64,000 nt of DNA from an uncultured Acidobacteriota bacterium (GTDB taxonomy: Bacteria > Acidobacteriota > Vicinamibacteria > Fen-336): positions 1,088,001 to 1,152,000 of the forward strand of contig OY970399.1 in NCBI GenBank assembly GCA_963720545.1, in the 5' to 3' direction. The notes beneath the pieces are model-generated. The model was not told the origin of the DNA, ran no database searches, and saw only the letters and a list, made by a program, of their open reading frames with translations. Position numbers and translations under genes: made by a program. This document shows, piece by piece, positions 30,587 to 40,268 of this stretch (the stretch's first letter is position 1; every line of letters starts with the position of its first letter).

Positions 30587-31209
30587 AAGGTGCGGGCTTC
30601 GGCAGCCGCGACGCGCCGGAAGCCGTCGTGCACCGGGGCTGCGAAGGCTTCATCGGCGAGCGCCGGGTCGAGGTCTGCGGCGACGATGCGCAGCTGCAGG
30701 TGGCCGCTGTCGGGCAGCACTGCGTCGACGCGTTCGGGAAAGGCGGGGCCCCAGTCGGCGCGGTAGGTTCGGACCCGTTCTCCGCCGATGCCGACGAGCA
30801 GGTCCATGACTTCGGCCGGGCTCAGTGCGACGCCGAACAATGCCTCGAGATTTGCTGGCGTGGCCTCGCCGTCGAAGAACGCGCGCTCGCCCGGAAAGAC
30901 GGCGACGAACCGGCCGGCGCTGGCCACGGCGATGAGGCGCGCGGAGCCGGGGCCGGGAACCTCGATGCGCAAGGCGTCGGGCCGGCGGAAGCCGACGAGC
31001 ACGGGAGTGCGGGCGCGCAGCTCCGGCCCGTCGAGGCGCAGCCGCAACTCGCCCGAGTAGGTCGCCGCCTGCTTGGCGCGGGCGATGGCGGCGGGGGTTC
31101 CGGGCCGAAACGCCTTGGCGCAGGCGGAGGCCGCGAGGACCGCGAGCACGGCGAGGACTGCGCCGCGCCAGCACGCGCGGCTGGTGCTACCGCTCGTTGG
31201 TGCCGGCAT
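30577..31209 (-). CDS. Putative lipoprotein, possibly LolB/LolA-fold
   Basis: AVLAVLAVLAASAC lipobox; FRRPDALRIEV strand motif; TPR-X-ispE position. Confidence 0.6.
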   Translation of the reverse strand: MPAPTSGSTSRACWRGAVLAVLAVLAASACAKAFRPGTPAAIARAKQAATYSGELRLRLDGPELRARTPVLVGFRRPDALRIEVPGPGSARLIAVASAGRFVAVFPGERAFFDGEATPANLEALFGVALSPAEVMDLLVGIGGERVRTYRADWGPAFPERVDAVLPDSGHLQLRIVAADLDPALADEAFAAPVHDGFRRVAAAEARTLWQ

Positions 31210-33133
31210 TGGCGCTTCGTTCGGCGTCGCGGATCTTCTTCTCCACGAGCGCTCGGTCGAGTTCGCCGTCGTCGTCTTCGCCCGTCAACGCGCGCCGCCA
31301 GAAGCCAAGCGCCCCATCCGCGGAGCCCCGCTTCTTCAGGACGTCGCCGAGGTGATCCAGCATCACCGCGTTCTTGCCGTCCTTCGCGAGCGCCCGGCGC
31401 AGTGTCGTTTCGGCTTCCTCGAAACGGCCGAGGCGAAAGTAGGCCCAGCCGAGGCTGTCGAGATAGGCGCTGCTCTCGGGATCGAGGCCCACGGCCTTTT
31501 CGATCATGCCGAGCGCTTCCGTCACCTTCACTCCCCGGTCGGCGTTCATGTAGCCGAGATAGTTGAGGATCGGCGCCGACTCCGGCTCGATCGCGAGCGC
31601 CTCGCGGAACGCCTGGTCGGCGTCGTCGTGGCGCTTTTGCCGTTCGAGGTTGGCGCCCAGGGCGAAGAGCACCCGCACGTTGCGCGGGTCCTGCGTGCGC
31701 GCGCTGCGCAGCGCCTGCTCGGCCTCGGGCAGCTTGCGCGCCTTCTGGTAGAAGCCGGCGACCTCGAGCAGCACCGGCACGTCTTTGGGCGCACCGGCGC
31801 GCAGCGCTTCGACGACCGCGACCCCGCCGGCGACGTCGCCCCGGGCGCGCAGCGCCTCGGCCTCGAGCGCCGCAAGGTTGGCCTCCTTCGGATACTTCAC
31901 GCGCGCCTTGCGCACCTCGACCAGGGCCTTGTCGTACTGCTTGGCGCTGATCAGCGCTTCGACGAAGTAACCGTAGTTCGCGGCATCGGGGTCGTCGCCT
32001 TCCTGCAAGGAGCGTTCGAACGCTGCCGCCGCTTCGGCGAACTGGTTGAGCTGGCCGCGGGCGAAGCCGAGGTGCAGCAGGAACACGCGGTCGTTGCGCG
32101 CGCGCTGGTCGGCGTCGTCCGCCGGCTTGCGCGGCCGCTTCAGCAGCTCCTCGAGCAGGGCCGCGGCGCCGGCGAAGTCGCGCTTCGCTTCGAGGATGGT
32201 GACGCGCAGGTAGTCGGCGGCCGCCGGATCGGGCGACAAGGCGCGCAGCTGCGCGGCGGCTTCGAGCGCCTGGTCGAACTGCTTGAGGTCGCGCAGGGCG
32301 CGGGCGCGCAGGTCGAGGCCGAAAGTGTTCTTCGCGTCGAGCTTGAGGATGGCGTCGGCTTCGGCAAGAGCTTCCTTGAACTTGCGCGCATCGGCGAGCG
32401 CCTCGCCGAGCCCAATGCGCGCCTGCACGTTGTTCGCGTCGAGCTCGAGCGCCTTGCGGTAGTTGAGGATCGCCTGGTCGTACTGCTGGGTCTTCGCGTA
32501 GACGCCCGCGAGCCGCTCGTACGACACGCCCATCTCCGGGCGCAGCGCCTTCGCCTTCTCGAACGCGGCAGCCGCGGCCTCGCTGTCGCCCAGCGCCGCG
32601 CGGCTCATTCCCAGGCGCTGGTAGACGTCGAAGTTGCCTGGATCGAGCTCGAGGTACTTCTCCCACGAGTCGGCCGCTTCCTTGTTCTTCTCGAGGCGCG
32701 TGTACATCATGCCGAGGCTGTAATAGATCCGCGGATCGGGCTGGAGGCGGGCCGCCTCTTCGTATTCCTTCGCGGCCGCAGCGACGCCTTCCGGCTCGCC
32801 GCGGCTCGAGTCGAGCAGGACCTCGGCGAGCACCAGCCGGGCGCTCGGGGAATCGCTGTCGAGGCGCACGCCCTCGCGCGCCGTCGCCACCGCTTCGGTG
32901 CCGCGATCGAGGTCGCGGAGCGCCAGTGCCAGCTCGGAGCGGATTTCCCCGGCCGTGGGATCGAGTGCCACGGCCTTGTTCAATTCTTCGACCGCGGTCT
33001 TGCCGTCGTCGGCGAGCCGCGCCTGCTGGCCGAGCGAGTAGTGGAAGTAGGCCGCGGCCTGGTTCTGGGAGGCCGACCCCTCGGGCGCGACGGCGGAGAC
33101 GACGAGTGCTGCCGCAAGCAGGAACGGTGTCAC
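31187..33133 (-). CDS. Exported tetratricopeptide repeat protein
   Basis: Signal peptide, many TPRs, LNYLGY and AYLDSLGWAYF motifs. Confidence 0.92.
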   Translation of the reverse strand: MTPFLLAAALVVSAVAPEGSASQNQAAAYFHYSLGQQARLADDGKTAVEELNKAVALDPTAGEIRSELALALRDLDRGTEAVATAREGVRLDSDSPSARLVLAEVLLDSSRGEPEGVAAAAKEYEEAARLQPDPRIYYSLGMMYTRLEKNKEAADSWEKYLELDPGNFDVYQRLGMSRAALGDSEAAAAAFEKAKALRPEMGVSYERLAGVYAKTQQYDQAILNYRKALELDANNVQARIGLGEALADARKFKEALAEADAILKLDAKNTFGLDLRARALRDLKQFDQALEAAAQLRALSPDPAAADYLRVTILEAKRDFAGAAALLEELLKRPRKPADDADQRARNDRVFLLHLGFARGQLNQFAEAAAAFERSLQEGDDPDAANYGYFVEALISAKQYDKALVEVRKARVKYPKEANLAALEAEALRARGDVAGGVAVVEALRAGAPKDVPVLLEVAGFYQKARKLPEAEQALRSARTQDPRNVRVLFALGANLERQKRHDDADQAFREALAIEPESAPILNYLGYMNADRGVKVTEALGMIEKAVGLDPESSAYLDSLGWAYFRLGRFEEAETTLRRALAKDGKNAVMLDHLGDVLKKRGSADGALGFWRRALTGEDDDGELDRALVEKKIRDAERSANAGTNER

Positions 33134-33176
33134 AAGTCGATTGTCTCACACGCCTTCGGGGCCGGCCGTATCGGCG

Positions 33177-33464
33177 TCAGGCGGCCATTTGGGTGGCCCG
33201 GTAGCTGTCGAGGATCCAGTCTTTTACGCGGCGCGCGTCGGCCGGGACGCCCTCGACCGAGCGCAGCAGGTCGAAGTAACGCCGCTCGGTTTCGCTGCCG
33301 AAGGCACGCGCGGGAAACGTAACGTAGACGCCGTCGTCGCCCCCGCGCCACAGGCTGAAGCCGACGAGTTTCATGCCGGCGAGCGGACCTTCGTCGAACA
33401 CGACTTCCGCTTCGCAGACGAGCTTTTCCGGGGCTCCGCCCCGGTTCACGAACTGGACTCTCAT
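33177..33464 (-). CDS. SpoVG-like nucleic acid-binding protein
   Basis: A.V.FD, G.YV.FP, Y.D and ILDSY pattern of SpoVG; GGAG upstream. Confidence 0.6.
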   Translation of the reverse strand: MRVQFVNRGGAPEKLVCEAEVVFDEGPLAGMKLVGFSLWRGGDDGVYVTFPARAFGSETERRYFDLLRSVEGVPADARRVKDWILDSYRATQMAA

Positions 33465-33627
33465 GGCACTGCTCCCTTCGAATGTTGGTAGTGCTGCTGC
33501 AAGCTGGCGGGAGAGTGCCGGCCCTATCGAGGAACACGCTAACCCGCGGCGGCGGCGCCGGAGGTCCGCTCGCCGCGGTCAATTTCTGGAGAAACGTCTG
33601 CGCGGACCCCTGCGGTACACTCGCGCC

Positions 33628-33801
33628 ATGGCGATTCACCCCGAGCTCCTCGAAATCCTGGCGTGTCCGGTGTGCAAGACTCCGGTGGAGGTGGTGCTCG
33701 GCGGAGCGGGATTGCGGTGCACGCGCTGCTCGCGGGTCTACCCGGTGCGCGACGACATCCCGATCATGCTCCCCGAGGAAGCCACCATCGAGAACGCTTG
33801 A
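33628..33801 (+). CDS. Trm112/YcaR-family protein
   Basis: MAIHPELLEILACPVCK...C..C..VYPVRDDIPIML. Confidence 0.93.
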   Translation: MAIHPELLEILACPVCKTPVEVVLGGAGLRCTRCSRVYPVRDDIPIMLPEEATIENA

Positions 33802-35138
33802 GCCTGGAGCGCCTGCAGCTCGCGGCGGTCGCGGCGATCGCGGCCAGCTGCACGCTGTCGATCTTCGCCGCGCAGGTGTTCCTGGTGGTGGCGCTTGCCG
33901 CCTTCGGCGCGCGCTGGGCGCTAGGCCAGACCGCGCCGCCGCGCCTCGCGGTGGACGGGCCGCTGCTGGCGTTCTCGGTGTGGACGCTGCTCTCGGCCTC
34001 CTTTTCGGCCGACCCCGTCGCCTCGCACGAGAGCGCCAAGAAGCTGGTGCTCTTCGGCCTCGTCTATGTCGCGGTGGACAGCCTGCGCACCAGCGAAGCG
34101 CGCGAACGGGTGGTGGACGCGCTGCTCCTCGGCGGCACCGTGCTCGCCGCCGGCGCGCTGCTGCAGCACTTCTTCCTTGGCTACAACACCATCGCGCGCC
34201 GGCCGACGAGCTTCCTCGGCCACTACATGACCGCCGCCGGCGTGCAGATGGCCACCCTGATCGTCGCCGCCGCGCGCCTCACGTTCGCGTCCCTGCCGGC
34301 GCTGCCGCGGCCGAGCCGCCGCGACCTCTCGGGGTTCGCGCTGCTGGTTGCGGCGCTCGCCGGGCTCACGTTCCTGAAGCGGCTGGGCATGTTCGCGGTC
34401 GAGGCGGAACGCGGCATCGTCGCGGTGGTGGCCGCGGCCGCCGCGTGGTGCGCGCTGTCGCGCAAGGAAGGCGTCGCGAACGGCAGCCGTAGCGCGTGGG
34501 CCTGGCTCGCTGCCGCGATCTCCTGCTTCGCCCTCGTCGTGTCGCTGACGCGCAACGCCTGGCTCGGCGCCATCGCCGGCATCGCCATCCTTATTATGTT
34601 GCGGGCGCCGAAGGCATTCTGGCTGCTGCCGGCAGGCGTCGCCGCACTCCTCATCCTGAGCCCGCGGCCGGTGCTCGACCGCATGACGCTGCGCGACGAC
34701 AGCTCGCGGGACCGTTACTACATGTGGCAGGCGGCTGTGGACATGATCCTCGACCGGCCGGTGTTCGGGCAGGGGCCGGGGATGATCCTGGCCCGCTATC
34801 CGCTCTACCGCTGGCGGGAAGCGCCGAACCCGGAGACGCCGCACCTGCACGACAACGTCCTGCAGATCGCCGCCGAACGCGGCGTGCCTGGCGCGATACT
34901 CTGGGTGTGGATCTTCGTCGGCATGCTGCACGCCGCCTGGCGCGAATGGCGGCGGCCGCCGGGGACCGCGCGCCCCTGGCTCGCGGCTGCTGCGCTCGCC
35001 GTGCTCTCGGGGCTGTTCGTCGCCGGGCTGTTCGAGTACAACTTCGGAGATTCGGAGCTGCTGATGCTGCTGCTGGTGGTCGCCGCCCTGCCGTTGTCCC
35101 TGCGCAGCGCGCGCGCCGCCGAGGCGCTCGCCGCATGA
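33798..35138 (+). CDS. O-antigen ligase family membrane protein
   Basis: Multi-TM; SLTRNAWLG, R..MW, PVFGQGPG, HLHDNVLQ..AERG; TTG overlaps the Trm112 stop. Confidence 0.88.
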   Translation: MSLERLQLAAVAAIAASCTLSIFAAQVFLVVALAAFGARWALGQTAPPRLAVDGPLLAFSVWTLLSASFSADPVASHESAKKLVLFGLVYVAVDSLRTSEARERVVDALLLGGTVLAAGALLQHFFLGYNTIARRPTSFLGHYMTAAGVQMATLIVAAARLTFASLPALPRPSRRDLSGFALLVAALAGLTFLKRLGMFAVEAERGIVAVVAAAAAWCALSRKEGVANGSRSAWAWLAAAISCFALVVSLTRNAWLGAIAGIAILIMLRAPKAFWLLPAGVAALLILSPRPVLDRMTLRDDSSRDRYYMWQAAVDMILDRPVFGQGPGMILARYPLYRWREAPNPETPHLHDNVLQIAAERGVPGAILWVWIFVGMLHAAWREWRRPPGTARPWLAAAALAVLSGLFVAGLFEYNFGDSELLMLLLVVAALPLSLRSARAAEALAA

Positions 35139-36133
35139 GCGCTGCCGCTGCCGCGGAAGAGGCGCGCCGCATCCTCGCGCGGCTCAAGGGCCGCCGCATC
35201 CTGGTCGTCGGCGACGTGATGCTCGACGAGTTCGTCTGGGGACGCGTGAGCCGCATTTCGCCGGAGGCACCGGTGCCGGTGGTCGAGGTGTCGCGCGAGA
35301 CGACGAGCGTCGGCGGCGCCGGCAACGTCGCCAACAACGTGCAGGCGCTCGGCGGCCAGGCACTGCTCGTCGGCTACGTCGGCGACGACCAGGCTGGCGA
35401 CGAGGTGCGGCAGTCGCTGGCGGCGAGCGGCGTGGTTTCGCGCCTGGTAACGAGCCCGCAACGCGCGACGACGCGCAAGACCCGCATCATTGCTCACCAG
35501 CAGCAGCTGGTGCGCGCCGACCGCGACCCGGTCGGCGCCCTTCCCGCCGGGGTCGAGCAGAAGCTCGCCGCCGCCTGCCTCGCCGAGCTTGGCTCGTGCC
35601 GCGCCGTCATCGTTTCCGACTACGCGAAGGGGCTGGTGTCGCGGGCGCTGATGCGCGGCATCGTCGCGGCCGCGCGGCGCCGCGGCATTCCGGTGCTGGT
35701 CGACCCGAAAGTGCGGCCCGCGGCCGACTACCTGGGCGCCACCATCGTCACCCCGAACCAGGCGGAGGCCGAGCAGACCGCGGGCCTCCGCATCAGCGAC
35801 GACGCTTCGCTCGCCGAGGCCGGCAAGCGACTGCTCGCCCGGTGGCGTGCGCAAGCGGTACTGGTGACGCGCGGTGAGCGCGGCATGAGCCTGTTCGCGG
35901 CGCACAAGAGGCCGCACCATGTCGCGACGGCGGCGCGCGAGGTGTTCGACGTGACCGGCGCCGGCGACACCGTGATCGCGGCGCTCGGCCTCGCCGTGGG
36001 CGCCGGTGTCGCGCTGCGCAGCGCCGCGGCCCTTGCCAATCTCGCGGCCGGCGTCGTGGTGTCGAAGGTCGGCACGGCGACCGCGAGCCCCGCCGAGGTC
36101 GAGGCGGCAGCGAGGCTCGCGGCACGGCGATGA
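35135..36133 (+). CDS. rfaE1: D-glycero-beta-D-manno-heptose-7-phosphate kinase (HldE/RfaE kinase domain only)
   Basis: VVGDVMLDE, RISPEAPVPV, GGAGNVA, SDYAKG, VDPK, TPN, DVTGAGDTV. Confidence 0.92.
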   Translation: MSAAAAAEEARRILARLKGRRILVVGDVMLDEFVWGRVSRISPEAPVPVVEVSRETTSVGGAGNVANNVQALGGQALLVGYVGDDQAGDEVRQSLAASGVVSRLVTSPQRATTRKTRIIAHQQQLVRADRDPVGALPAGVEQKLAAACLAELGSCRAVIVSDYAKGLVSRALMRGIVAAARRRGIPVLVDPKVRPAADYLGATIVTPNQAEAEQTAGLRISDDASLAEAGKRLLARWRAQAVLVTRGERGMSLFAAHKRPHHVATAAREVFDVTGAGDTVIAALGLAVGAGVALRSAAALANLAAGVVVSKVGTATASPAEVEAAARLAARR

Positions 36134-37263
36134 GCCTGCGGGTCGCGATCGTCGGCGCCGGCCCCGCGGGTTCGCTGTGCGCGCACGATCTTGCCCGCGG
36201 CGGCGCGGAAGTCGTCGTGTTCGACCCGAGCCACCCGCGCGAGAAGCCCTGCGGCGGCGGGCTCACCGGGCGCGCCCTCGACCTGCTGCCCGAGGCGCCG
36301 GCCGCCGATCCCGCGCCGCTGCGCGCAATCGCCGAGTGCCGCTTCGAATCGGGATCGGGCGAATCGGTGACCGTGCGGCTCCGGCGTCCGATGGCGGTGG
36401 CGTCGCGCAGCCTGCTCGACTCGTGGCTGCTGCGCCAGGCGAAGAATGCCGGCGCACGCCACGTGAGCGAACGGGTCGTGGACGTCGCCTCGGGCGGCTG
36501 GCTCGCGACGAGCGAAGGCCGCCGCCAGCGGTTCGACGTCATCGTCGGCGCGGACGGCGCCGGCAGCCTGGTGCGGCGCACCTTCCTGTCGCCCACGCCC
36601 AAGGAGCGGCTCACCATGGCCGCGGGCTGGTTCGCACCGGGCGACAGCGAACTGGTGGTGCGCTTCGTCCCCGAGTACTCCGGGTACATCTGGCTCTTTC
36701 CCCGCAGCGGCCATGTCGGCGTCGGCGTCGGCGCGCCGCTCGGCGCGGTGCCCACCCGCAGCCTCATCGAGCGCCTCGACAGCGAAGTGCGCCGTTCGTT
36801 CCCGTCGCTCGCCCAGGCCGGACAGCCGCGCTACGCGCACACCATCCCGGCGCCGTCGAGCGATCCGCGCTCCATCACCGAGGTGGCCGGCGACTGCTGG
36901 GCGCTCGTCGGCGACGCCGCAGGGTTCACGGACCCGATCACCGGCGAAGGCATCCACTTCGCGCTCCGCTCCGGGCAGCTCCTCGCCGGCACGCTGCTGG
37001 CCGGCGAAACGACGCTCGGCTACGCGCAACGCGCCCTCGACGACTTCGGCCGCGAGCTGGTGAAGGCGGCGGCGATCCGGCCGCGCTTCTACAGCGCGGC
37101 CTTCGTGCGCCGCGTCATCCGCTATGCTGCGCGCAGCGCTGCCATCCGCGAGGTGCTGGCAGAGCTGGTGCACGGTGAGCAGGGCTATGTCGGCCTGAAG
37201 CGCCGGCTGTTGCGGATAGCGCCGCGCTTCGTCTGGGAGACGCTCACTCACTCGCAGGCCTGA
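36130..37263 (+). CDS. Geranylgeranyl reductase-family FAD-dependent oxidoreductase
   Basis: VGAGPAG, KPCGGG, GADG, Y.WLFP, VGDAAG..DPITGEGI. Confidence 0.88.
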   Translation: MSLRVAIVGAGPAGSLCAHDLARGGAEVVVFDPSHPREKPCGGGLTGRALDLLPEAPAADPAPLRAIAECRFESGSGESVTVRLRRPMAVASRSLLDSWLLRQAKNAGARHVSERVVDVASGGWLATSEGRRQRFDVIVGADGAGSLVRRTFLSPTPKERLTMAAGWFAPGDSELVVRFVPEYSGYIWLFPRSGHVGVGVGAPLGAVPTRSLIERLDSEVRRSFPSLAQAGQPRYAHTIPAPSSDPRSITEVAGDCWALVGDAAGFTDPITGEGIHFALRSGQLLAGTLLAGETTLGYAQRALDDFGRELVKAAAIRPRFYSAAFVRRVIRYAARSAAIREVLAELVHGEQGYVGLKRRLLRIAPRFVWETLTHSQA

Positions 37264-37281
37264 CCGGCCCAAAGGAGGCTC

Positions 37282-37794
37282 ATGTCGGGAACGTCGATCG
37301 TGCACAAGAGCTCGCGTTCGGGCCTGGCACTCTGTGCGGCACTCGCCTTTCTCCCGCCGCTACTGACGCGCCTCGTCATTGGCCAGGCGTTCTTCCTGAC
37401 CGGACGCGGCAAGATCCAGAACATCGACCAGATCGGGCAGTTCTTCGCGAGCCTCAGCATTCCCCTGCCCGAGGCGAACGCTTTCTTCATCTCGCGCCTC
37501 GAGTACTTCGGCGGCATGCTCCTCGTCATCGGCCTGCTCACGCGGCTGGTGGCGGCGCTGCTCAGCTGCACCATGATCGTCGCCATGATGACGGCCGACA
37601 AGCAAGACTTCCTCGGCGCCTTGCACATGACGAGCGACAAGGGGCTCACCGACGTGGTGCCGTTCGTCTACCTGCTGTTCCTCATCTGGCTCGTGATCAA
37701 GGGCCCCGGCGCCGTCAGCGTGGACGCGTTGCTGAAACGCTGGCTGTTCCGCGGCGAACACGCGCCCGGGCGAGCAGCAAGCCCGCACCAGTGA
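37282..37794 (+). CDS. DoxX-family membrane protein
   Basis: R..IG..F...G.GK, E..GG.LL.IGLLTR, GPGAVSVD; AAGGAGG Shine-Dalgarno. Confidence 0.9.
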   Translation: MSGTSIVHKSSRSGLALCAALAFLPPLLTRLVIGQAFFLTGRGKIQNIDQIGQFFASLSIPLPEANAFFISRLEYFGGMLLVIGLLTRLVAALLSCTMIVAMMTADKQDFLGALHMTSDKGLTDVVPFVYLLFLIWLVIKGPGAVSVDALLKRWLFRGEHAPGRAASPHQ

Positions 37795-40153
37795 GTGCCG
37801 CGGCGGCGGCAGCGGCTGCCGTGAGGGTGGTCCATGAGACCGCTGTCGCAACCGGCCGCGTGCCTTCGCCGGTGAGGACGAACGCCGCCCAGTAGTGCGG
37901 GTGCGCGAGGCTCGTGCCGCTCGCCAGGAAGCGCAGCTTGGCGCGCTGCAGCGCCTGGTCGCGCGCGGCGCCGCGCTGCAAGTGGTAGTAGAACGACGCC
38001 ATGAAGTCGGCCGTCGGCTGGTCGGCCACACGCCACAGCGTCGTCACCGTGCTCGCCGCGCCGGCGGCGAGAAACGCGCGGCTGAAGCTCTGCACGCCTT
38101 CGCCGCGCAGGTAGGCTCCGCGCTCGGTGTCGCAGGCGCTCAGCACGGCTAGCTGCACATCGCCAAGCGGCAGCGAGTAGGCCTCCCGCAGGTAGAGGTA
38201 GTCGGCTGCGCCGCCCGCGACTTGCGGCGAGAACAGAATGCGCGACTGTTCGAGGGCGCTGGTGTCGGCGAACGCATGCGCCGCGATGTGCAGCAGCGGC
38301 GGCCGGCGCCGCTCTTCCTCGAGGTGCCGCTTGCGGTCGTCTGCGCCGAGGTGCGGGAGCACGCGTCCCGACAATTGCGCGGCGACGCGCGCGATCTCGT
38401 CGCGGGTGCCGGGAAGCACCGGATGCGGCGGCGGCGCCTGCGGATCGCCAAAAGCTTCCAGCACCGTTTGCCACGGCCAGCGCCGGCGCGGCGCGAGTGC
38501 AGCGCGGCGCTCGGTCGCGGAGGTGCCGGGCGCCAGCAAGGCCGCGGCGGTTGGCAGGTAACTGACGGGCGCGCGTTCGACCAACAGCCGGTCGGCCACG
38601 GGCAGCACCTCGAAGGGCACGAGTGCGACGGCGCCGTCGGGAACCACGATCACGTGGCGGATGCCGTCGAACCAGTCGCGCGGCGGCAGCAGCTGAGCGA
38701 GAGCCGCAGCATCGGCGCGCCACTCGCGGGCATCGCCGGCAGCGAGCGAGTCGATGAGCCGCTTCGCGGCTGCAACGTCGATCGTGAGCGGCAGGACCTG
38801 CACGCGTAGCCGCGTCACGGCCACCACCGCCGAACCGGCGGCGGAGTTCCAGTAGTCGAGAAGCAGCACTCCGTCGCCTAGGCGCGCCTGCACGTCCGCG
38901 AGCCGCACCCGCGCCGCCAGACCCAGCCGGTCGCGCCAGTCGCGCGAATGCGCCTGTTCCAGCACCGCGAACACCTCGCCCGCGTCTCCCGCGGGAAGGC
39001 GCGCCGCGAGCAGCGCGTCGTAGACGTCGCGCTTGTCGTTGAGGAAGTCCGGCCGCAGCGACGGCACCCGGAGCTCGCCACGGATCTTCTCGATGGTTTC
39101 GACCGCTTCACGAAACTGCGCCGCCGCGCCGTCACGCGTGCCTTCGGTACGGCCGAGGCCGTACAGCCCTTTCCACTCCTCTTCCGGTGTCTTCAGGCTG
39201 CGCGCCAGCGCGACGGCGGCCGTGAAATCGGTGCGCGCGCCCGGCGCATCGCCGCTGCGCAACAGCGCTTCGCCGCGGTAGAGGCGCGCGTGCAGCATTT
39301 CGCGCTGGTTGCCGGCCGTGGTCGCGGTCGCCAGCGCGGCGGCAAATGCCGCGGTGCCGAGGTCGGCGCGGCCGAGGTCCTGCGCGAGGACGATGCCGCG
39401 GTTCTTTATGGCGCCGAGCTCGCCGTCCACGTTGCGGTCGCGACGAAACAGTTGCAGCGCGCGGTCGTAGGTGGCGAGCGCTTTCTGCGGGTCGCCGAGG
39501 CGGCGATAGAGAGCCCCCTCGTTCACCAGCAGCTGCGCGGCTTCGCTCGGCGCGAGCGTGTCGGCATCCCTCGCCAGCTCTTCATAGACCTCGAGCGCTT
39601 CCTGGTACCGGCCGAGCCGCTGGTAGAGGCTCGCCTGGTTCGCGGCCAGGATGCGCCGGCGACGCGCGACCCACGTTGATCCGGCGCCGGGCGGCGACGC
39701 TTTCGTGAGCAGAAGCGCCTGCTGGTAGCGCGCGGCGGCATCGGTGTAGCGCCCGGTGAAGAAGTCGACATTGGCGCGGTTGCCCACCTCTTCGGCCAGG
39801 CCTTCGGTATCGCCGGCGCGCCGCGACGCGTCGATCGCGGCGTCGAGGCTCTGTTGCGCCAGCGCGTAGTCGCCGGCGTAGATCGAGGCGAGCCCGGCGC
39901 GGTTCCTGGCCTTGCCCACGGCGGCCGGGTCGCCGAGCGCCTCGTAGAGCGCCGCCGCTTCCTCGGCATGGCGGCGCGCCGCATTGTACTGGCCGAGATC
40001 AGCCTCACCGCCGGCGGCCTCCAGCAAGGCGTCGGCCCTCTGGCGATCGGCGGCCCGGCCGGCAGGCGCCGCGGGCTCGCCGATCGCCGCCGGAACCAGG
40101 CTAAAAAGCAGGACCAGGGCGGCCAGACTCGGGTCCAACAGGCCGCGGCGCAC
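37715..40153 (-). CDS. Exported TPR + CHAT (caspase-like) protease with C-terminal membrane anchor
   Basis: N-terminal signal, TPRs, VPDG, LHIAAHA (His), VLSACDT (Cys), TLWRVAD, HPHYWAAFVLTG, hydrophobic tail followed by RARVRR. Confidence 0.92.
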   Translation of the reverse strand: MRRGLLDPSLAALVLLFSLVPAAIGEPAAPAGRAADRQRADALLEAAGGEADLGQYNAARRHAEEAAALYEALGDPAAVGKARNRAGLASIYAGDYALAQQSLDAAIDASRRAGDTEGLAEEVGNRANVDFFTGRYTDAAARYQQALLLTKASPPGAGSTWVARRRRILAANQASLYQRLGRYQEALEVYEELARDADTLAPSEAAQLLVNEGALYRRLGDPQKALATYDRALQLFRRDRNVDGELGAIKNRGIVLAQDLGRADLGTAAFAAALATATTAGNQREMLHARLYRGEALLRSGDAPGARTDFTAAVALARSLKTPEEEWKGLYGLGRTEGTRDGAAAQFREAVETIEKIRGELRVPSLRPDFLNDKRDVYDALLAARLPAGDAGEVFAVLEQAHSRDWRDRLGLAARVRLADVQARLGDGVLLLDYWNSAAGSAVVAVTRLRVQVLPLTIDVAAAKRLIDSLAAGDAREWRADAAALAQLLPPRDWFDGIRHVIVVPDGAVALVPFEVLPVADRLLVERAPVSYLPTAAALLAPGTSATERRAALAPRRRWPWQTVLEAFGDPQAPPPHPVLPGTRDEIARVAAQLSGRVLPHLGADDRKRHLEEERRRPPLLHIAAHAFADTSALEQSRILFSPQVAGGAADYLYLREAYSLPLGDVQLAVLSACDTERGAYLRGEGVQSFSRAFLAAGAASTVTTLWRVADQPTADFMASFYYHLQRGAARDQALQRAKLRFLASGTSLAHPHYWAAFVLTGEGTRPVATAVSWTTLTAAAAAAAALTGAGLLLARARVRRGTASVSATRPR

Positions 40154-40189
40154 GATACGGGATGGTACATCCGGGCTCGCCCGGATTTG

Positions 40190-40216
40190 TGTTCCGCAGC
40201 CGCCCCGCGCCGGGTC
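40190..40216 (+). promoter_or_regulatory. Candidate ECF promoter, copy 1 (autoregulatory)
   Basis: TGTTCCGCA-N13-GGGTC; identical boxes and spacing at 42718-42744. Confidence 0.6.
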
Positions 40217-40268
40217 TTATTTTCCGGGCAAGGACCCCCAATCGAATGACCTCTATACAATCGAAGCC

